Source of the DNA: Planktothrix sp. GU0601_MAG3
GTDB lineage: Bacteria; Cyanobacteriota; Cyanobacteriia; Cyanobacteriales; Microcoleaceae
Direction: 5' to 3'
DNA: 64,000 nucleotides
Assembly: GCA_035193785.1 (NCBI GenBank)
Contig: CP136572.1
Span: 3,316,578 to 3,380,577, forward strand
Position numbers and translations under genes: made by a program. A model generated the notes under the pieces. It had not been told where the DNA came from. It saw only the letters and a list, made by a program, of their open reading frames with translations, and did no database searches. Positions 1 to 11,895 of this stretch are shown one piece after another (positions within the stretch are counted from its first letter, which is position 1; every line of letters begins with the position of its first letter).

Positions 1-583
1 AAATTTCTAACCATTGCAGAAACGAAGATCCCACAATAAAATCACTCCCAATGCTAACAGCAACCGATTGACCTAATCCCGCTTGAGTTAACTCCGATGC
101 CACTTCATAGGTGAGGGTACTGCTACGACTTAATAATCCCACATTTCCGGGTTGATAAAATTCAACCGGATGGGTTCCTAATAATAATTTATCAGGAATA
201 ATAATTCCCGAACAATTAGGGCCAACCACCAAGGTTTCTGTAATTTCTGCCTTCCGAACTAAATGCACCATATCTAAAGGAGGCATTCCTTCCGTGACAA
301 TAATTAATTGACGAATTCCCGCCGCCATTGCTTCTAATGCCGCATCTAAAACTTGATAGGGGTGAACAAAAATTACACTAATATCAATTTCACCCACATT
401 TGCAATTACTTGTTCTACCAAATCAAAGATCGGAATTTCACTTAACTCCTGTCCTCCCTGACCTGGACAGACACAGGCGACAACACGAGTACCATAGGTT
501 TTCATTTGCACCACTGCATGGGTTAAGGAGGGTGATATTGTTGTACCCTGTATAATGACTTTACTATCAGGAGTTAAATTCAT
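1..583 (-). CDS. sucD: Succinyl-CoA ligase alpha subunit (3' end runs off the window)
   Basis: Manual translation from ATG at 583: MNLTPDSKVIIQG...IFVHPYQVLDAALEAMAAGIRQLIIVTEG...VVGPNCSGII; directly downstream of sucC. Confidence 0.9.
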   Translation of the reverse strand, partial: MNLTPDSKVIIQGTTISPSLTHAVVQMKTYGTRVVACVCPGQGGQELSEIPIFDLVEQVIANVGEIDISVIFVHPYQVLDAALEAMAAGIRQLIIVTEGMPPLDMVHLVRKAEITETLVVGPNCSGIIIPDKLLLGTHPVEFYQPGNVGLLSRSSTLTYEVASELTQAGLGQSVAVSIGSDFIVGSSFLQWLEI

Positions 584-619
584 AGTTCGAGGAAGTTTTA
601 CACAGTTAATCAAAAAAAA

Positions 620-1775
620 CTATTTGGCTAAATTAATAGCCGCCGTCACAGCTAAATCCAACCGATTAAATAAATTTACAGGTAAATCGGTAAACTGTTC
701 TGTATCAGATTCCGGTTTAATTCCCGCCAACATCAGAACAAATTTAGGTAAATTACTGGTTCTAGCTTTTCGTTTCAAATATGCGGCAATTTCCATTAAT
801 AATGAAGAACGAATGATCGGTTGAACCCAAAAATTAATAATCACAACTTTAACCTGTTTAGATTGGGTAATTTGATCAATTCCTTGATACAAACGTTGGC
901 GAAAGTTTTCTGTAATTTCATAGTGATCTGCCCCACCTAGATTCAAGAAATTAGCAGGTTTTCCCGAGGATTGCGTAACTAAATCTAAAGTTGCCATCGT
1001 TAAACCTGCACCGTTGCATAAAATCCCAATATTACCTTGTAATTCGACTAAATTTAGTTCGGGGTGAAACAATTGATCGGAAATTATCGGTAGGGAGAGG
1101 GAGCTACATTGTTTCTTGAGCTTTAAGTAAAGTAATTAAGTCTTCATGGCGTCCTAATGCTCCATCATTAGCAATTACTTTCCCATCTAATGCCATGACT
1201 TCTCCCGTGGGACTAATTCCCAAGGGATTAATTTCTACGAGATCCAAATCTTTCTGTACAAATAGATGATACATTTTCTCCACAATGGCACTGACCAAGA
1301 GAATTAAATCTCCCTGTAATCCCATTTTTAGGATTAATCGTCGAGCATAAAAAGGAGAAAAATCTTGATCCACAATCACCTGCTGAATTTTGGAAAGGGT
1401 TGCTTCCACATTCACGCCCCCCTGTTGCGATCCCAATAATACCGGACGCCGTGACCCGGAATCCAAGGTGACGGCTAAGTATAATTCCCGATCCGCATCA
1501 TATTTGGCCTCTGCTAACAGGACTTGGGGACATTCACCCCGAATCGGCAAATTAAAAATCATTTGGGCCGCAGCCACCGCATCAATGGTATTTTCTGCAA
1601 AGCGAATGCCTCCAGCTTTTCCCCTACCCCCAGCCCGGACTTGGGATTTTAACACCACCGGATAGGGAATTTTTAAACCCTTTAAATCTTGAGCGTTATC
1701 AATCTGTTGTGAGGGTAAAACCGGAATCCCCATCTCACGAAATAAGGTTTTAGCTTGATACTCTAGCAAATCCAT
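620..1775 (-). CDS. sucC: Succinyl-CoA ligase beta subunit (one apparent frameshift)
   Basis: MDLLEYQAK, KSQVRAGGRGKAGG, EINPL, NGAGLTMATLD, PANFLNLGG; removing one base at GTTTC 1111-1115 joins the two ORFs. Confidence 0.92.
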
Positions 1776-1776
1776 A

Positions 1777-2086
1777 ATCAGTTATTAGTTATTAGTTATT
1801 AGTTATTAGTGTAGAGACGTGCCATGGCGCGTCTGTAACAGTTATCAGTCATCAGTTATCAGTTATCAGTTATTAGTGCAAGAGTTATCAGTCATCGGTT
1901 GAGAGTAAAGAGTTCATTGTTAATATTTGTGGGCTAAAAACAGTTAACTGGTACGGGCGGGTTTATCGAGATGTGCGATGATTAACTCATATCTAAAATA
2001 ACCCGCCCCTACAACTGATAACTGATAACAGACGCGCCATGGCACGTCTCTACACTGATAACTGATAACTGTTGACTGATGACTGA
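1777..2086. repeat. Mosaic intergenic repeat: heptamer (CAGTTAT) arrays, two inverted REP-A palindromes and one 62-bp REP-B
   Basis: GTAGAGACGTGCCATGGCGCGTCT at 1811 and its inverse near 2030-2053; GTACGGGCGGGTTT...AACCCGCCCCTAC at 1951-2012; CAGTTAT/ATAACTG runs. Confidence 0.9.
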
Positions 2087-3641
2087 TTAATGATTATTGC
2101 CTTGATGAACGGTCTTCACCCACTTGAGTTGTTTGGGACGAATCCCCATCCGGGCGGTTGTACTCCCCACCACCAATAACCAATGGAGCATATATACCGT
2201 ACCCCGCAGGGTATCAATCCCAATGGTTGATTTTTCGGAGATTGCAGGCGATGTCTTGCCGCTAGGGGTTGAACCCAATTCCGGGTTAACATTCACCATT
2301 GTCCCTTGTGTTTGACGAATCCTTCGTAATCCTAAAAACATTCCCAATAGGGATAGAGTTAGGGTAAAACAGGTTAGGGGGGAAGTTAGGGGTAAACGAC
2401 CTTGAATCAGGGATAGCACCAAATCAGGAACTACGGCCGTCGGTAGGATATATTGGGTGATCCAAAAGCAAAACAAATCCAGGGTTTTTTGAGTTTCCCA
2501 TGCGGTTAGCCAGAATCAACTGCCAATAGTCTAAATAGCGTTGATAGCCGCCCTCCGCCCAACGGTTGCGCTGATGCCAAAGGGCTTTAAAATTGGTGAC
2601 TCCCTCCTCGTAAACCGGGGGAAAGGATAAACATTCAATATCCCATTGATCCAAATGTAGCCGAATGGTTAAATCTAAATCATCGGTAATGGTTTCTTCA
2701 TTCCAACCGCCACAGCTTAACAGGGCTTCCCGTCGGACAAACTGCCCATTGCCCCGCAATTCTCCAATTCCACCAATACTAATGCGTTTTTCTTGGAAAT
2801 AGGCATCTAAAGCCATTTCGGCGGCTTGGGAGCGAGTCCAAAAGTTTTCGGAAGCATTATTAATCGCTTTTCGCACTTGGACAGCACCCACGGATTCTGG
2901 ACGGAATAGGGGAACAATATGGCGTAACATATCCGGTGCAATTTGAGCATCGGCATCAAAGACCCCGATAATTTCTCCTTGAGTTAAGGCTAAAACTTGA
3001 TTTAGGGCGCCTGATTTTCCCCCACTGGCATTAGCCGACCGTCTTAATACTTTGAGTTGTGGATAGTCTAGGCTGAGTTTTTCCAGAACTATAGGAGTTT
3101 TATCGCTACTATGATCATCAACAACCCATAATTCATAACAATTACTGGGATAATCCAAGTTACATAAATTTTTCACTAATTGACTAATAACGGCTTCTTC
3201 ATTTTTAGCCGCCACTAATAGGGAAATATAGGGCCAATCCCCTTGGGGTTGTTCCGGTGTAGTTAACTGTAGGGGAGGTATTTTAGCTGAGAAAATTCTG
3301 ATGGCGTGAATGGATAATAGACCCGTTAGACCCAGAATCAACCCCATCCCCCAGGAAACGAAATGGAGGGCAGTGATCCCGCCCCAAATTAGGGTTAAGG
3401 TCAGGGCAGCTTTCCGTCTCCGGCCTTGATACCATTGGGGATAAACCTGAAAATTGGAGTGGCCTCGAGTTGAAGGGGTACTCGGGTGCAATGGGTCATT
3501 TGTAACCGAGGGGTAAAGCATGGATGATCCATTTGGTTGAGATCTCGGAGCCGGAGACTCATCAGGAGATTCTTGATCGCGGGTGAGCTTTTTAATATCA
3601 CTGTTGTCAGCATCCTGTTCTGGCCAAGACTGTTTTGGCAT
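2087..3641 (-). CDS. mgdA: GT2 glycosyltransferase, probably monoglucosyldiacylglycerol synthase (one apparent frameshift)
   Basis: RRRKAA N-terminal motif, AAKNEE, DDHSSD, GKSGALN, FDAD, TDDLDL, QRNRW; frame restored at GTTTC about 2493. Confidence 0.8.
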
Positions 3642-3838
3642 AGATAATCTGATTTACCCCTCAATATTCGTCCAATCTGCTACCAGTGTATCTAATATTG
3701 TGACGCCATCTACAAATATTGAGGTTAATGGCCTGGTCTTCACCCGATGGGGGGAAACTCAGGGGGATAATCGCTTGTTGGTTGATTTTATTGTTGATTA
3801 ATTAAGTGAACTACCTACACCGCCCTAATCGGGTCGGT

Positions 3839-5027
3839 TTAGGCTTCCGAATTCACAGACCGATGCCCCTTACTTTTACAAGCAGGTAGACTTACACAGC
3901 CTCCATCGGCAAAGACGGGGTTCCCTCCGCCTTCAGTTAATATCCTGATTCCTTCATTCGGAGATGTTAAGCGCAGCGTTTTCGTCACGATCATGGTGAG
4001 TATGGCAATTTGGACAGTCCCATTCTCTGATATCCAGAGATAATTCATCTAGGATATGACCACAACAGGAACAAGTTTTGGAGCTAGGGAAAAAGCGATC
4101 AATTTCTACAAGTTCACCACTTTTTTGCTTTAACTTGTAATCAATAAAATTGACAAATTTTCCCCAACCCACATCAGATATTGCTTTGGATAGCTTCCGG
4201 TTTTTAACCATCCCCTTGACATTGAGGTTTTCAACGACAATCACTTGGCTTTCGTTTACCAATTTTCTTGATAATTTATGCAAGAAATCTTGGCGGGAAT
4301 TGGTGATTTTCTCATGAACCTTAGCTACAGTTTTTCTAAACTTCTCTCTCGATTTACTACCTTTAGTTTTTCGAGAGAGTTTTTTCTGTTTTTGGGCTAA
4401 ATTTTTCTGATGACGATATAAATGTTTAGGGTTGGCGTATTTAGTTGCATTCTCTCCATTGTGAATAATTGCAAAATCTTTTAACCCCAAATCAATCCCA
4501 ATAATTTTGTCTCCCGACTGTTTAATATCAGTTCCTTCTACCTCATATAAGACGGAAGCAAAGTATTTATCAGTCGAAGTCTTGGAGATTGTTACTGTTT
4601 TAATTTTTCCCGTAATTTCTCGGTGAAATATCGCTTTAATTTCACCAATCTTAGGGACTTTTAGATATTCACCTTTAACAGTAACACTTTGAGGATACTG
4701 AATTGATTGCTTGTGATGTTTAGATTTGAAATTAGGAAATTTAGCTCGTCCCTCAAAAAAGTTTTTGTAAGCTCTATCTAAGTTTATAGCTACACATTGG
4801 AGAACCGATGAGTAGCAATCTTCTTTAAGCCAAGGATATTCTTTTTTGAGTTGAGGGAGTATTCCTTTATAAGATGCTAATTTTAGGCTTTTGCCAGTTT
4901 CTTGATAGTGCTGAATACAGGCGTTTAAGGCAAAATTCCAATACCATCTTGCACAACCATAAGACTTGGCTAACGCCAATTCCTGTTCGGGTGTTGGATA
5001 GAGCCTAACCTTTGTTACCTTCAGCAC
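3839..5027 (-). CDS. tnpB: TnpB RNA-guided endonuclease (frameshift near the C-terminus)
   Basis: HTH N-terminus KVRLYPT; RuvC motifs GIDLG, VVENL, DRDENAA; zinc finger CSCCG...CPNC; tail continues in ORF 3839..4048. Confidence 0.93.
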
Positions 5028-5106
5028 TTTAAATCACCTCCTTAGTTGGGTGTTATAATTTTGATATACACTGACTATAGCACAAGTTTTAAAATGTGGG
5101 GAATCA

Positions 5107-5300
5107 TGAAAAATGATTTTGTCAGCAAAGGTAGATCTGTTAGCGATCTAAAGGTTTCACTTGGTTTTGACGACCAAATACAGACGGAGGGTTTTTACTC
5201 TTGAAATGCTGAATCGGCTGCATGAAATCCTTGAAGAATTACTTCAAAAGTGGGATTGTAAATTAATTGAGTTTAATGGTGAAGATGATCATGTTCATCA
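5107..5300 (+). pseudogene. tnpA: Truncated IS200-type Y1 transposase TnpA
   Basis: MKNDFVSKGRSVSDLKVHLVLTTKYRR...GEDDHVH then runs straight into the end hairpin; catalytic Tyr helix missing. Confidence 0.85.
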
Positions 5301-5648
5301 ATTTATCCAACGCTGCCCTATCGGGTCAGTCGTGGGGCTTCTTGCGGAAGAAGCTAAAATTGTAAAAATTATCATTATGGAATCACATTATGGAATCAAA
5401 GGAATTAAGTAGTTGCACAAAATAAATTACCTAGTTGAGAGGGGGAACACCTGATCTGGAAACAGGGAAGAGGATTTGTAATTAATTTTTTTTAGGTACT
5501 TATATTAGAATTTTTTTTGAGGATGGGATGAAACTGCTCCTACTACTACTGATAAAGGATTAGACTGTCTGGGTTAGGATTTTATCCTTTAGGATGACAA
5601 CTGGGCTAAATTAAGAGTAGGTAATCCGATCGCAGGAGTAAAAAATCT

Positions 5649-6038
5649 ATGACTGACACTACAGTGGCTCTGACTCAACTCAAAGCCGCCGAGAAACGGG
5701 AAATTGGGGTCTACCTGCCCTACTATGACGAGAAGAAGCGGAAATACTTACCCTATTCGATTAGTCTCTATAAAGAAAAAAGTTTGGAAGGCGCTCGCAA
5801 TATTGATGGTGGGGATGGCATTCCCTTTGTGGCAACCTGGAATACTTCCTCTTTACCCGCCGATTTAACCCGTTGTCGGGTACAGTTTGATGGCAATGCC
5901 GATCTCAGTTATGAAGTGATCCTGTGTAACCATGAATTTATTAAGTATTTAATTGAAGTTCTGCAAAATTTTAGCCGAACTCGTACCGTTGATTTTTCTC
6001 AAGAGTTCTACAAGAAACTTTTGCATTTGGATCATTAA
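5649..6038 (+). CDS. ebsA: Type IV pilus/secretion-associated protein EbsA
   Basis: YLPYY...LPYSISLY...LEGARNIDGG...FVATW...LTRCRVQFDGNADLSYEV matches the cyanobacterial EbsA family as I recall it. Confidence 0.8.
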   Translation: MTDTTVALTQLKAAEKREIGVYLPYYDEKKRKYLPYSISLYKEKSLEGARNIDGGDGIPFVATWNTSSLPADLTRCRVQFDGNADLSYEVILCNHEFIKYLIEVLQNFSRTRTVDFSQEFYKKLLHLDH

Positions 6039-6202
6039 ATAAGGATTCACTCTACAATAGAAAGGCTACTGTTAAACCGTATCAATTTCCTTGAAAATCG
6101 TTAACCCTTTCACTGATTACTGATCGGTGATGAGTTGAGTCTAACGTGGGAAAATGTCGTAATTTTTTGAATTAATCGATAACAAATTGAGGAGTAAATT
6201 TC

Positions 6203-7297
6203 GTGACTGAGTTTGGAAAGTCTATATTAATCGGGTCAACGGAGCCTTACACCGGCAAGTCAGCAATTGCCCTGGGTCTGGGTCATCTGTTCCAGGAACA
6301 AGGGTTAAAGATAGTTTATGGTAAGCCTTTGGCTACCGATGCCAGTGATGAGGATGAATCCTTTGATGCCGATCTTCAGTTTGTGGCCCAAACCTTAAAA
6401 TTATCTCAAGAGCAATTGCTCTTGCCGATTTTAACCCTAGATGAAACCACAATTCATCGGCGCTTACAGGGGGAAGATCCGGCTAAATATAGTGAATCCC
6501 TGACTTCCTATCAACAAACACCCCCGGCTGATTTGATTCTACTCGAAGGGCCAAGAAATTTACAAGAGGGGCTGTTATTTGGTTTATCTGTTCCCCAAAT
6601 CGCGGATCAACTAGATGCGTCAGTTTTGTTGGTGGCGCGTTTGCATTCTCATTTGGCATTAGATGATTTACTGTACGCTCAACAACGTTTAGGCGATCGC
6701 TTATTAGGTATTATTATTAATGATGTTCCCCCCGAAGAACTAGAAACTACAACTACTCGTATCCAACCCTTTTTGGAAGCACAAGGGATTCCGGTATTTG
6801 GAGTTTTACCCAGAAATCCTATTCTTCGCAGTGTCACGGTTAAAGAGTTAGTTAAACAGTTGAAAGCCCAGGTGCTTTGTGGTCGGGAACGCTTAGATTT
6901 GATGGTAGAAAGTCTAAGTGTTGGGGCGATGAATGTGAGTTCAGCAATGAAGTATTTTGATAAATCCGTAAATATGGCTGTGGTTACCGGGGGTGACCGC
7001 ACGGATATTCAACTGGCGGCTTTAGAAAAGTCTACCCACTGTTTAATTCTAACGGGTCAACTGCCCCCGGCACCTATGGTATTAAGTCGGGCTGAAGATT
7101 TAGAAGTTCCAGTCCTTTCAGTTGATTTAGACACCTTAGCAACGGTGGAAATTATTGATCGGACTTTTGGTCAAGTTCGTCTCCATGAACCGATCAAAGT
7201 TGCTGCGGTGAATCAACTCATGGAAAAACATTTTGAACTGGATCGTTTTATCCAATGGTTAGGAATTTCCTTGCCTGTGTCAGCACGGAGGAAGTGA
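6203..7297 (+). CDS. Phosphotransacetylase-family protein (BioD-like N-terminus + DRTGG domain)
   Basis: GSTEPYTGKS P-loop, KPL, VGAM, VTGGDRTDIQLAAL. Confidence 0.85.
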   Translation: MTEFGKSILIGSTEPYTGKSAIALGLGHLFQEQGLKIVYGKPLATDASDEDESFDADLQFVAQTLKLSQEQLLLPILTLDETTIHRRLQGEDPAKYSESLTSYQQTPPADLILLEGPRNLQEGLLFGLSVPQIADQLDASVLLVARLHSHLALDDLLYAQQRLGDRLLGIIINDVPPEELETTTTRIQPFLEAQGIPVFGVLPRNPILRSVTVKELVKQLKAQVLCGRERLDLMVESLSVGAMNVSSAMKYFDKSVNMAVVTGGDRTDIQLAALEKSTHCLILTGQLPPAPMVLSRAEDLEVPVLSVDLDTLATVEIIDRTFGQVRLHEPIKVAAVNQLMEKHFELDRFIQWLGISLPVSARRK

Positions 7298-7335
7298 ACT
7301 ACTCACCGCTAACCTGGAGTATCAGGTATAGCGGT
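7294..7335 (-). mobile_element. Orphan IS200/IS605-type right-end remnant
   Basis: GTGAACTAC shared with 3806-3814, followed by hairpin ACCGCTA-ACCTG...CAGGT-ATAGCGGT. Confidence 0.55.
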
Positions 7336-7394
7336 AAGAATAAAGAAAAGAAGTTCTTCTATCTGTTACTGATTCTTGATTCTACCCACCCTCA

Positions 7395-9138
7395 TTAAGC
7401 AGCTAATGGGGGAACCGTTTGAACCCATCCAGGTTGTTGAACTTCTCGTAACACATAATTACCCGGGGGAACGTTAGTAAAGGTATAACTACCATTTACT
7501 CCCGTTACGGTTGTGGGTTCCGTGGGGTCAACAACGCCGTTACCATTGGCATCAATATAAATTGTCCACCCCTGCAAAGGGGTTTCACCCGCATTAAACA
7601 CACCATTGGCATTCGCATCATTGAACTTTATGCCGCTGATGGAACCGAATTGACGGTTGCCAAAGTTGACGACAGCATTCGTGCCACCGGTAATGCCAAC
7701 GGGGCCAGGATTGGGGGTCGTTTGTGTCCATCCAGTTTGCTGTACTTCCCGCAGGGTATAATTTCCTACCGGAACGTTAGCAAAGGAGTAGCGACCATTC
7801 GCACCTGTGACGGCGGCTGCTTCTGTGGCTTCAAGCGTGCCATTGCCGTTGGCATCAATAAAAATCGTCCACCCGGGTAGGGGGGGTTCACCCGCATCCA
7901 GTAGGGCGTTACCATTGGTATCACTGAACTTTAAACCTGTGATAGTTCCCAATTGGTTGTTACCAAAGTTAATTCCGGTGATATTAGCTCCCCCGGTTAG
8001 ATTCACCGGGCCAGGGTTGGGGGTGGTTTGTTTCCATCCGGGTTGTTGGACTTCTCGAACACTATAGTTACCCGGGGCAATATTGGCGAAAGCATAAGTA
8101 CCCGTGGCATTGGTTACCGCAGTTGGTTTCTGTGGCTTCCAAGGTTCCATTGCCATTGGCATCAATAAAAATCGTCCATCCGGCTAGACCTACTTCCCCG
8201 GTATCAAAGGTAGCATTACTATTGAGGTCATTAAATTTGACCCCACTTATGGAACCAAACTGACGGTTACCAAAGTTAATAATGGCATTAGTTCCACCCG
8301 TGACTCCGATGGCTCCGGGGTTTGGTGTGGTTTGTGTCCATCCTGATTGCTGTACTTCTCGAATGGTATAACTACCCGGTGGAAGATTGGCGAAGGTGTA
8401 ACGACCATCGGTGCCTGTCACGGCTCTTCCCTCTCCGGCATCGAGGACGCCATTAGCATTGCCATCGGCAAAAATTGTCCAGCCCTGTAATGGGGTTTCC
8501 CCGGCATCAAGTAGGGCGTTACCGTTATTATCGTTGAATTTAATCCCTGTAATCGAGCCAGATTGATTGTTACCAAAGTTAATTCCAGCAATATTGCCAC
8601 CTCCAGTGACGCTTACTGGGGCTGGGTTAACCGTGGTTTGTACCCATCCGGCTTGCTGTACTTCTCGGATGGTATAGTTGCCTGGAGTTAAGTTGCTGAA
8701 GGCATAAGCACCCGTGGCATTGGTTACCGTGCTGGGTTCCGTTGCTTCCCGGGTTCCGTTATTATTGGAATCAATAAAGATAGTCCATCCGGCTAAGGCG
8801 GGTTCCCCTGCCGTTAGCAGGCTATCACGATTGAGATCGTTAAATTTAATTCCACTGATGGAGCCTAATTGAGTATTCCCGAAGTTCACACCGCTGAGGT
8901 TTTGTCCTGAAGCCACTGCCACGGGAGCCGGGTTTTGAAGACCTTCCCTAGTAATAGTATCGATATCAGGGTCTACAGGTACGGTGAGATCCTGGATTTC
9001 TGGTATGGTAACTAGGATCGCAGGAACCAGGGTACTAGCACTCAAACCCAGCGAAGGGGGCAGTTTCAATGGTTGCTCTCCACTGAAAAGGGGAATCGCG
9101 CTAGAGGATGGTGAATCAAGTGAAAATGCAGCGTCCAT
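7395..9138 (-). CDS. Surface protein with five SdrD B-like (CnaB-type) repeats (one apparent frameshift)
   Basis: Five repeats of GSISGIKFND.N.N...D.GE..L.GWTIFID.N.NG...Y.F.NL.PG.Y.IREVQQ.GW.QT; frame restored at GTTTC about 8126. Confidence 0.85.
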
Positions 9139-9471
9139 AAAATAAATTGTCCTTTTATGACTTTATGACCAGTAATTGACGACTCTTTATGGTTTTTCGG
9201 GTAAAAACCGAGAATCTGGCTATCATGCTATCCTATATTTTGATTTTCATCTAGTTCAGAAGTCAGAGAATTAAATTTCAAGAGAGGGAACACCGGATCA
9301 GTGAATCTTGCTACAGTTATAGACTCTTGTGATTTATCAATCAGAGAAATTCATTGTTTTTGATAACTTTTTGTGTCAAATCTTAACATTTTTTAGCAGT
9401 TACCTATCCTGGTAAAGATGCTATGGGTTGGAATTTATGGTAGTTTTGTAAAAATAAAAAATTAACCCAAT

Positions 9472-10987
9472 ATGGCAATATTATTTCAACGTTCTAGTGG
9501 AGTTTTACTTCATCCCACCTCTTTTCCCAGTCAACATGGAATTGGAGATCTAGGAAAATCCGCTTATGAATTTATTGATTTTTTGCAACAAAGTGGTTAT
9601 AAATTGTGGCAAATATTACCTCTGGGGCCAACAGGAGAAGAACATTCTCCCTATATTATGAATTATAGTACCTTTGCGGGTAATCCGTTAATGATTAGTT
9701 TAGAAGAACTAGCCCAAGAAGGATTATTAGAAGCTGAAGAAATTATTCCGTTAGGGTCGAAAGACTCTGACAAGGTTGATTTTGAAGCGGTTATTCCCCA
9801 CAAAACCTTATATCTCAAAAAAGCCTATACTCGCTTTCAAGAAAAATTAGACCAAAACCTTTTTCCTGACTTTGAAAAATTCTGTCAAAAACACGCCTAT
9901 TGGTTAGATGATTATGCCTTATTTATGGCTTTATTAGAAGCCCATGGGGGTCAAGGTTGGAATCGTTGGGAACCCGCTTTAGCCCATCGAGATCCCGATG
10001 CCTTAAAAGTCAAAACCGAAGAATTAAAAGAACCCATAGCCTATCAAAAATTTCTGCAATTTATCTTTTTTAAACAATGGGAAAAATTGCGTCAATATGC
10101 TAATCAAAAAGGCATAAAAATTATTGGAGATATTTCTATTTATGTATGTTATAATAGTGTCGAAGTTTGGTCAAATCCCAATTTATTTCAACTAGATTCT
10201 GAAACTTTAGAACCCATTTATATTGCCGGAGTTCCCCCGGATTTCTTTAGTGAAACCGGACAATTATGGGGGAATCCGATTTATAATTGGGAGGAACTAC
10301 AAAACACAAAATTTGCTTGGTGGATTGAACGATTTAAAGCTACTTTGGAATATGCAGATTATGTTCGGATTGATCATTTTCGAGCCTTTGAAGCCTATTG
10401 GCAGGTTTCCTGGGGATGAAAAAAATGCGATTAAGGGTGAATGGATTAAAGCCCCGGGTTATGAATTTTTTGATACTCTCCAACAACAGTTAGGAGATTT
10501 ACCGATTTTAGCAGAAGATTTAGGAATTATTACTCCAGAAGTGGAACAATTGCGAGATCATTATAATTTCCCAGGAATGAAAATTTTACAATTTGCCTTT
10601 GGTGGGGATGCCAATAATGTTTATCTTCCCCATAATTATATGCAAAATTGTTTGGTTTATACGGGAACCCATGATAATGATACGGCCATCGGTTGGTGGG
10701 AAACTGCCAGTCCCGCAGAAAAACAGCATTTTGCGGAATATTTGGGTTATGCTTCTCCCGATGAAATCACTAATATTAATTGGGTGTTAATTCGTTTAGC
10801 CTTAAGTTCCCTGGCTAGTTTAGCGATTATTCCTCTCCAGGATATTCTTAATTTAGGGCATGATGCCAGAATGAATGATCCGAGTCATAATGATGGAAAT
10901 TGGCGCTGGCGTTATCAAAGTTCGGAATTATTAACCAAGGAATTAAGCGATCGCTTATTCAAGTCAAATCAACTTTATGGTCGATAA
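9472..10987 (+). CDS. malQ: 4-alpha-glucanotransferase, GH77 (one apparent frameshift)
   Basis: GVLLHPTS, WQILPL, GVPPDFFSETGQLWGNP, RIDHFR, AEDLG, YTGTHDN; frame restored at GTTTC about 10405. Confidence 0.95.
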
Positions 10988-11152
10988 GTGACATTTTTTA
11001 AATAATAGAAGTGCTAGATACAAAATCTTTTTGCACATTTTACCTTGAGCCATGCTACAGTCTCAGTTTGTCCTATACCCAAGTTGGGAGTGGTTGAGGT
11101 TCGGATGCACCGAACCATACCTGAAGGATTTACCCTCAAAAAGTTTTTACTC

Positions 11153-11214
11153 GTAGGGGCGGGTTCTGTAGTAAATTATGATACTTACAGATAACTTTGA
11201 TAAACCCGCCCTCT
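11153..11214. repeat. 62-bp REP-B palindrome
   Basis: GTAGGGGCGGGTT...AAACCCGCCCTCT. Confidence 0.85.
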
Positions 11215-11376
11215 TTCCACGATCACTCCCGTAAATGCCAGTTTTTTAATAAATTCTTATATCACAAAGCACAAATAATTAGTAAAATTTATGTCGTTAA
11301 CTATACTCAATTCATGTTTATACTGAGTATAATCATGGGTGGTAGTATTTTTTTTAGTCAGACAAGGAGGTTTTCA

Positions 11377-11746
11377 ATGACAAGGAGGTCTTCAATGAGA
11401 AATGAGCTAATTGCAGAAATGGCTAATGCTGCCGGATCTGCGTTGGGTAGAAACAATCGCTAATGCGGCGGGATCTGCGTTAGTAGGTTCAACAATCACT
11501 ACTGCCGCGGGATCTGCGTTAGGCAGTTCGATTGTTGTTGCTACAGTACCTACAACTGTTACATCTGTAGTATCTGCTGGTGGTGTTGCAGGTTTTTTTG
11601 GTTTTACAACAACTGTTACATCTATAGTAGCTGCTCCAGTTACTGTACCAATTGGGGGAGTTATAGCAGTAGGAGCTTTACTCACCTATGGAGGACTGAA
11701 AACTTATAAGTTGTTAAATCGTCAAGACGTACAAAACGAAGCCTAA
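11377..11746 (+). CDS. Small Ala/Gly/Thr-rich hydrophobic protein with three AAGSAL repeats (one apparent frameshift)
   Basis: AAGGAGG RBS before ATG 11377 and ATG 11395; removing one A at GAAAC about 11450 gives MRNELIAEMANAAGSALGRTIANAAGSALVGSTITTAAGSALG... Confidence 0.65.
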
Positions 11747-11895
11747 ATTTTAAAATCAAGTGGGGATAGGGCAGGTTTTGATAATTTGTTTGTGGGTAGC
11801 AAATATTTAGGAGAAACCCCCCTAAAAATATTAACAAAAAAAAATACCGTCCTCAACTCAAGTTAACGACGGCGTGGGGGGATGGAATCTTGTTT

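Larger units (their letters stand above)
3806..5360. mobile_element. IS200/IS605-family element with divergent tnpA (truncated) and tnpB
   Basis: Related subterminal hairpins GCCCT(A)ATCGGGTC near 3823 and 5315; right end reads ...GTTCAC on the minus strand at 3806; left boundary approximate. Confidence 0.8.

Noticed and set aside
7281..7291. CAGCACGGAGG shared with 37304-37314, as a possible guide-target link between the orphan right end and the second tnpB element
   Set aside because: Only 11 bp and offset from the guide start; compatible with chance
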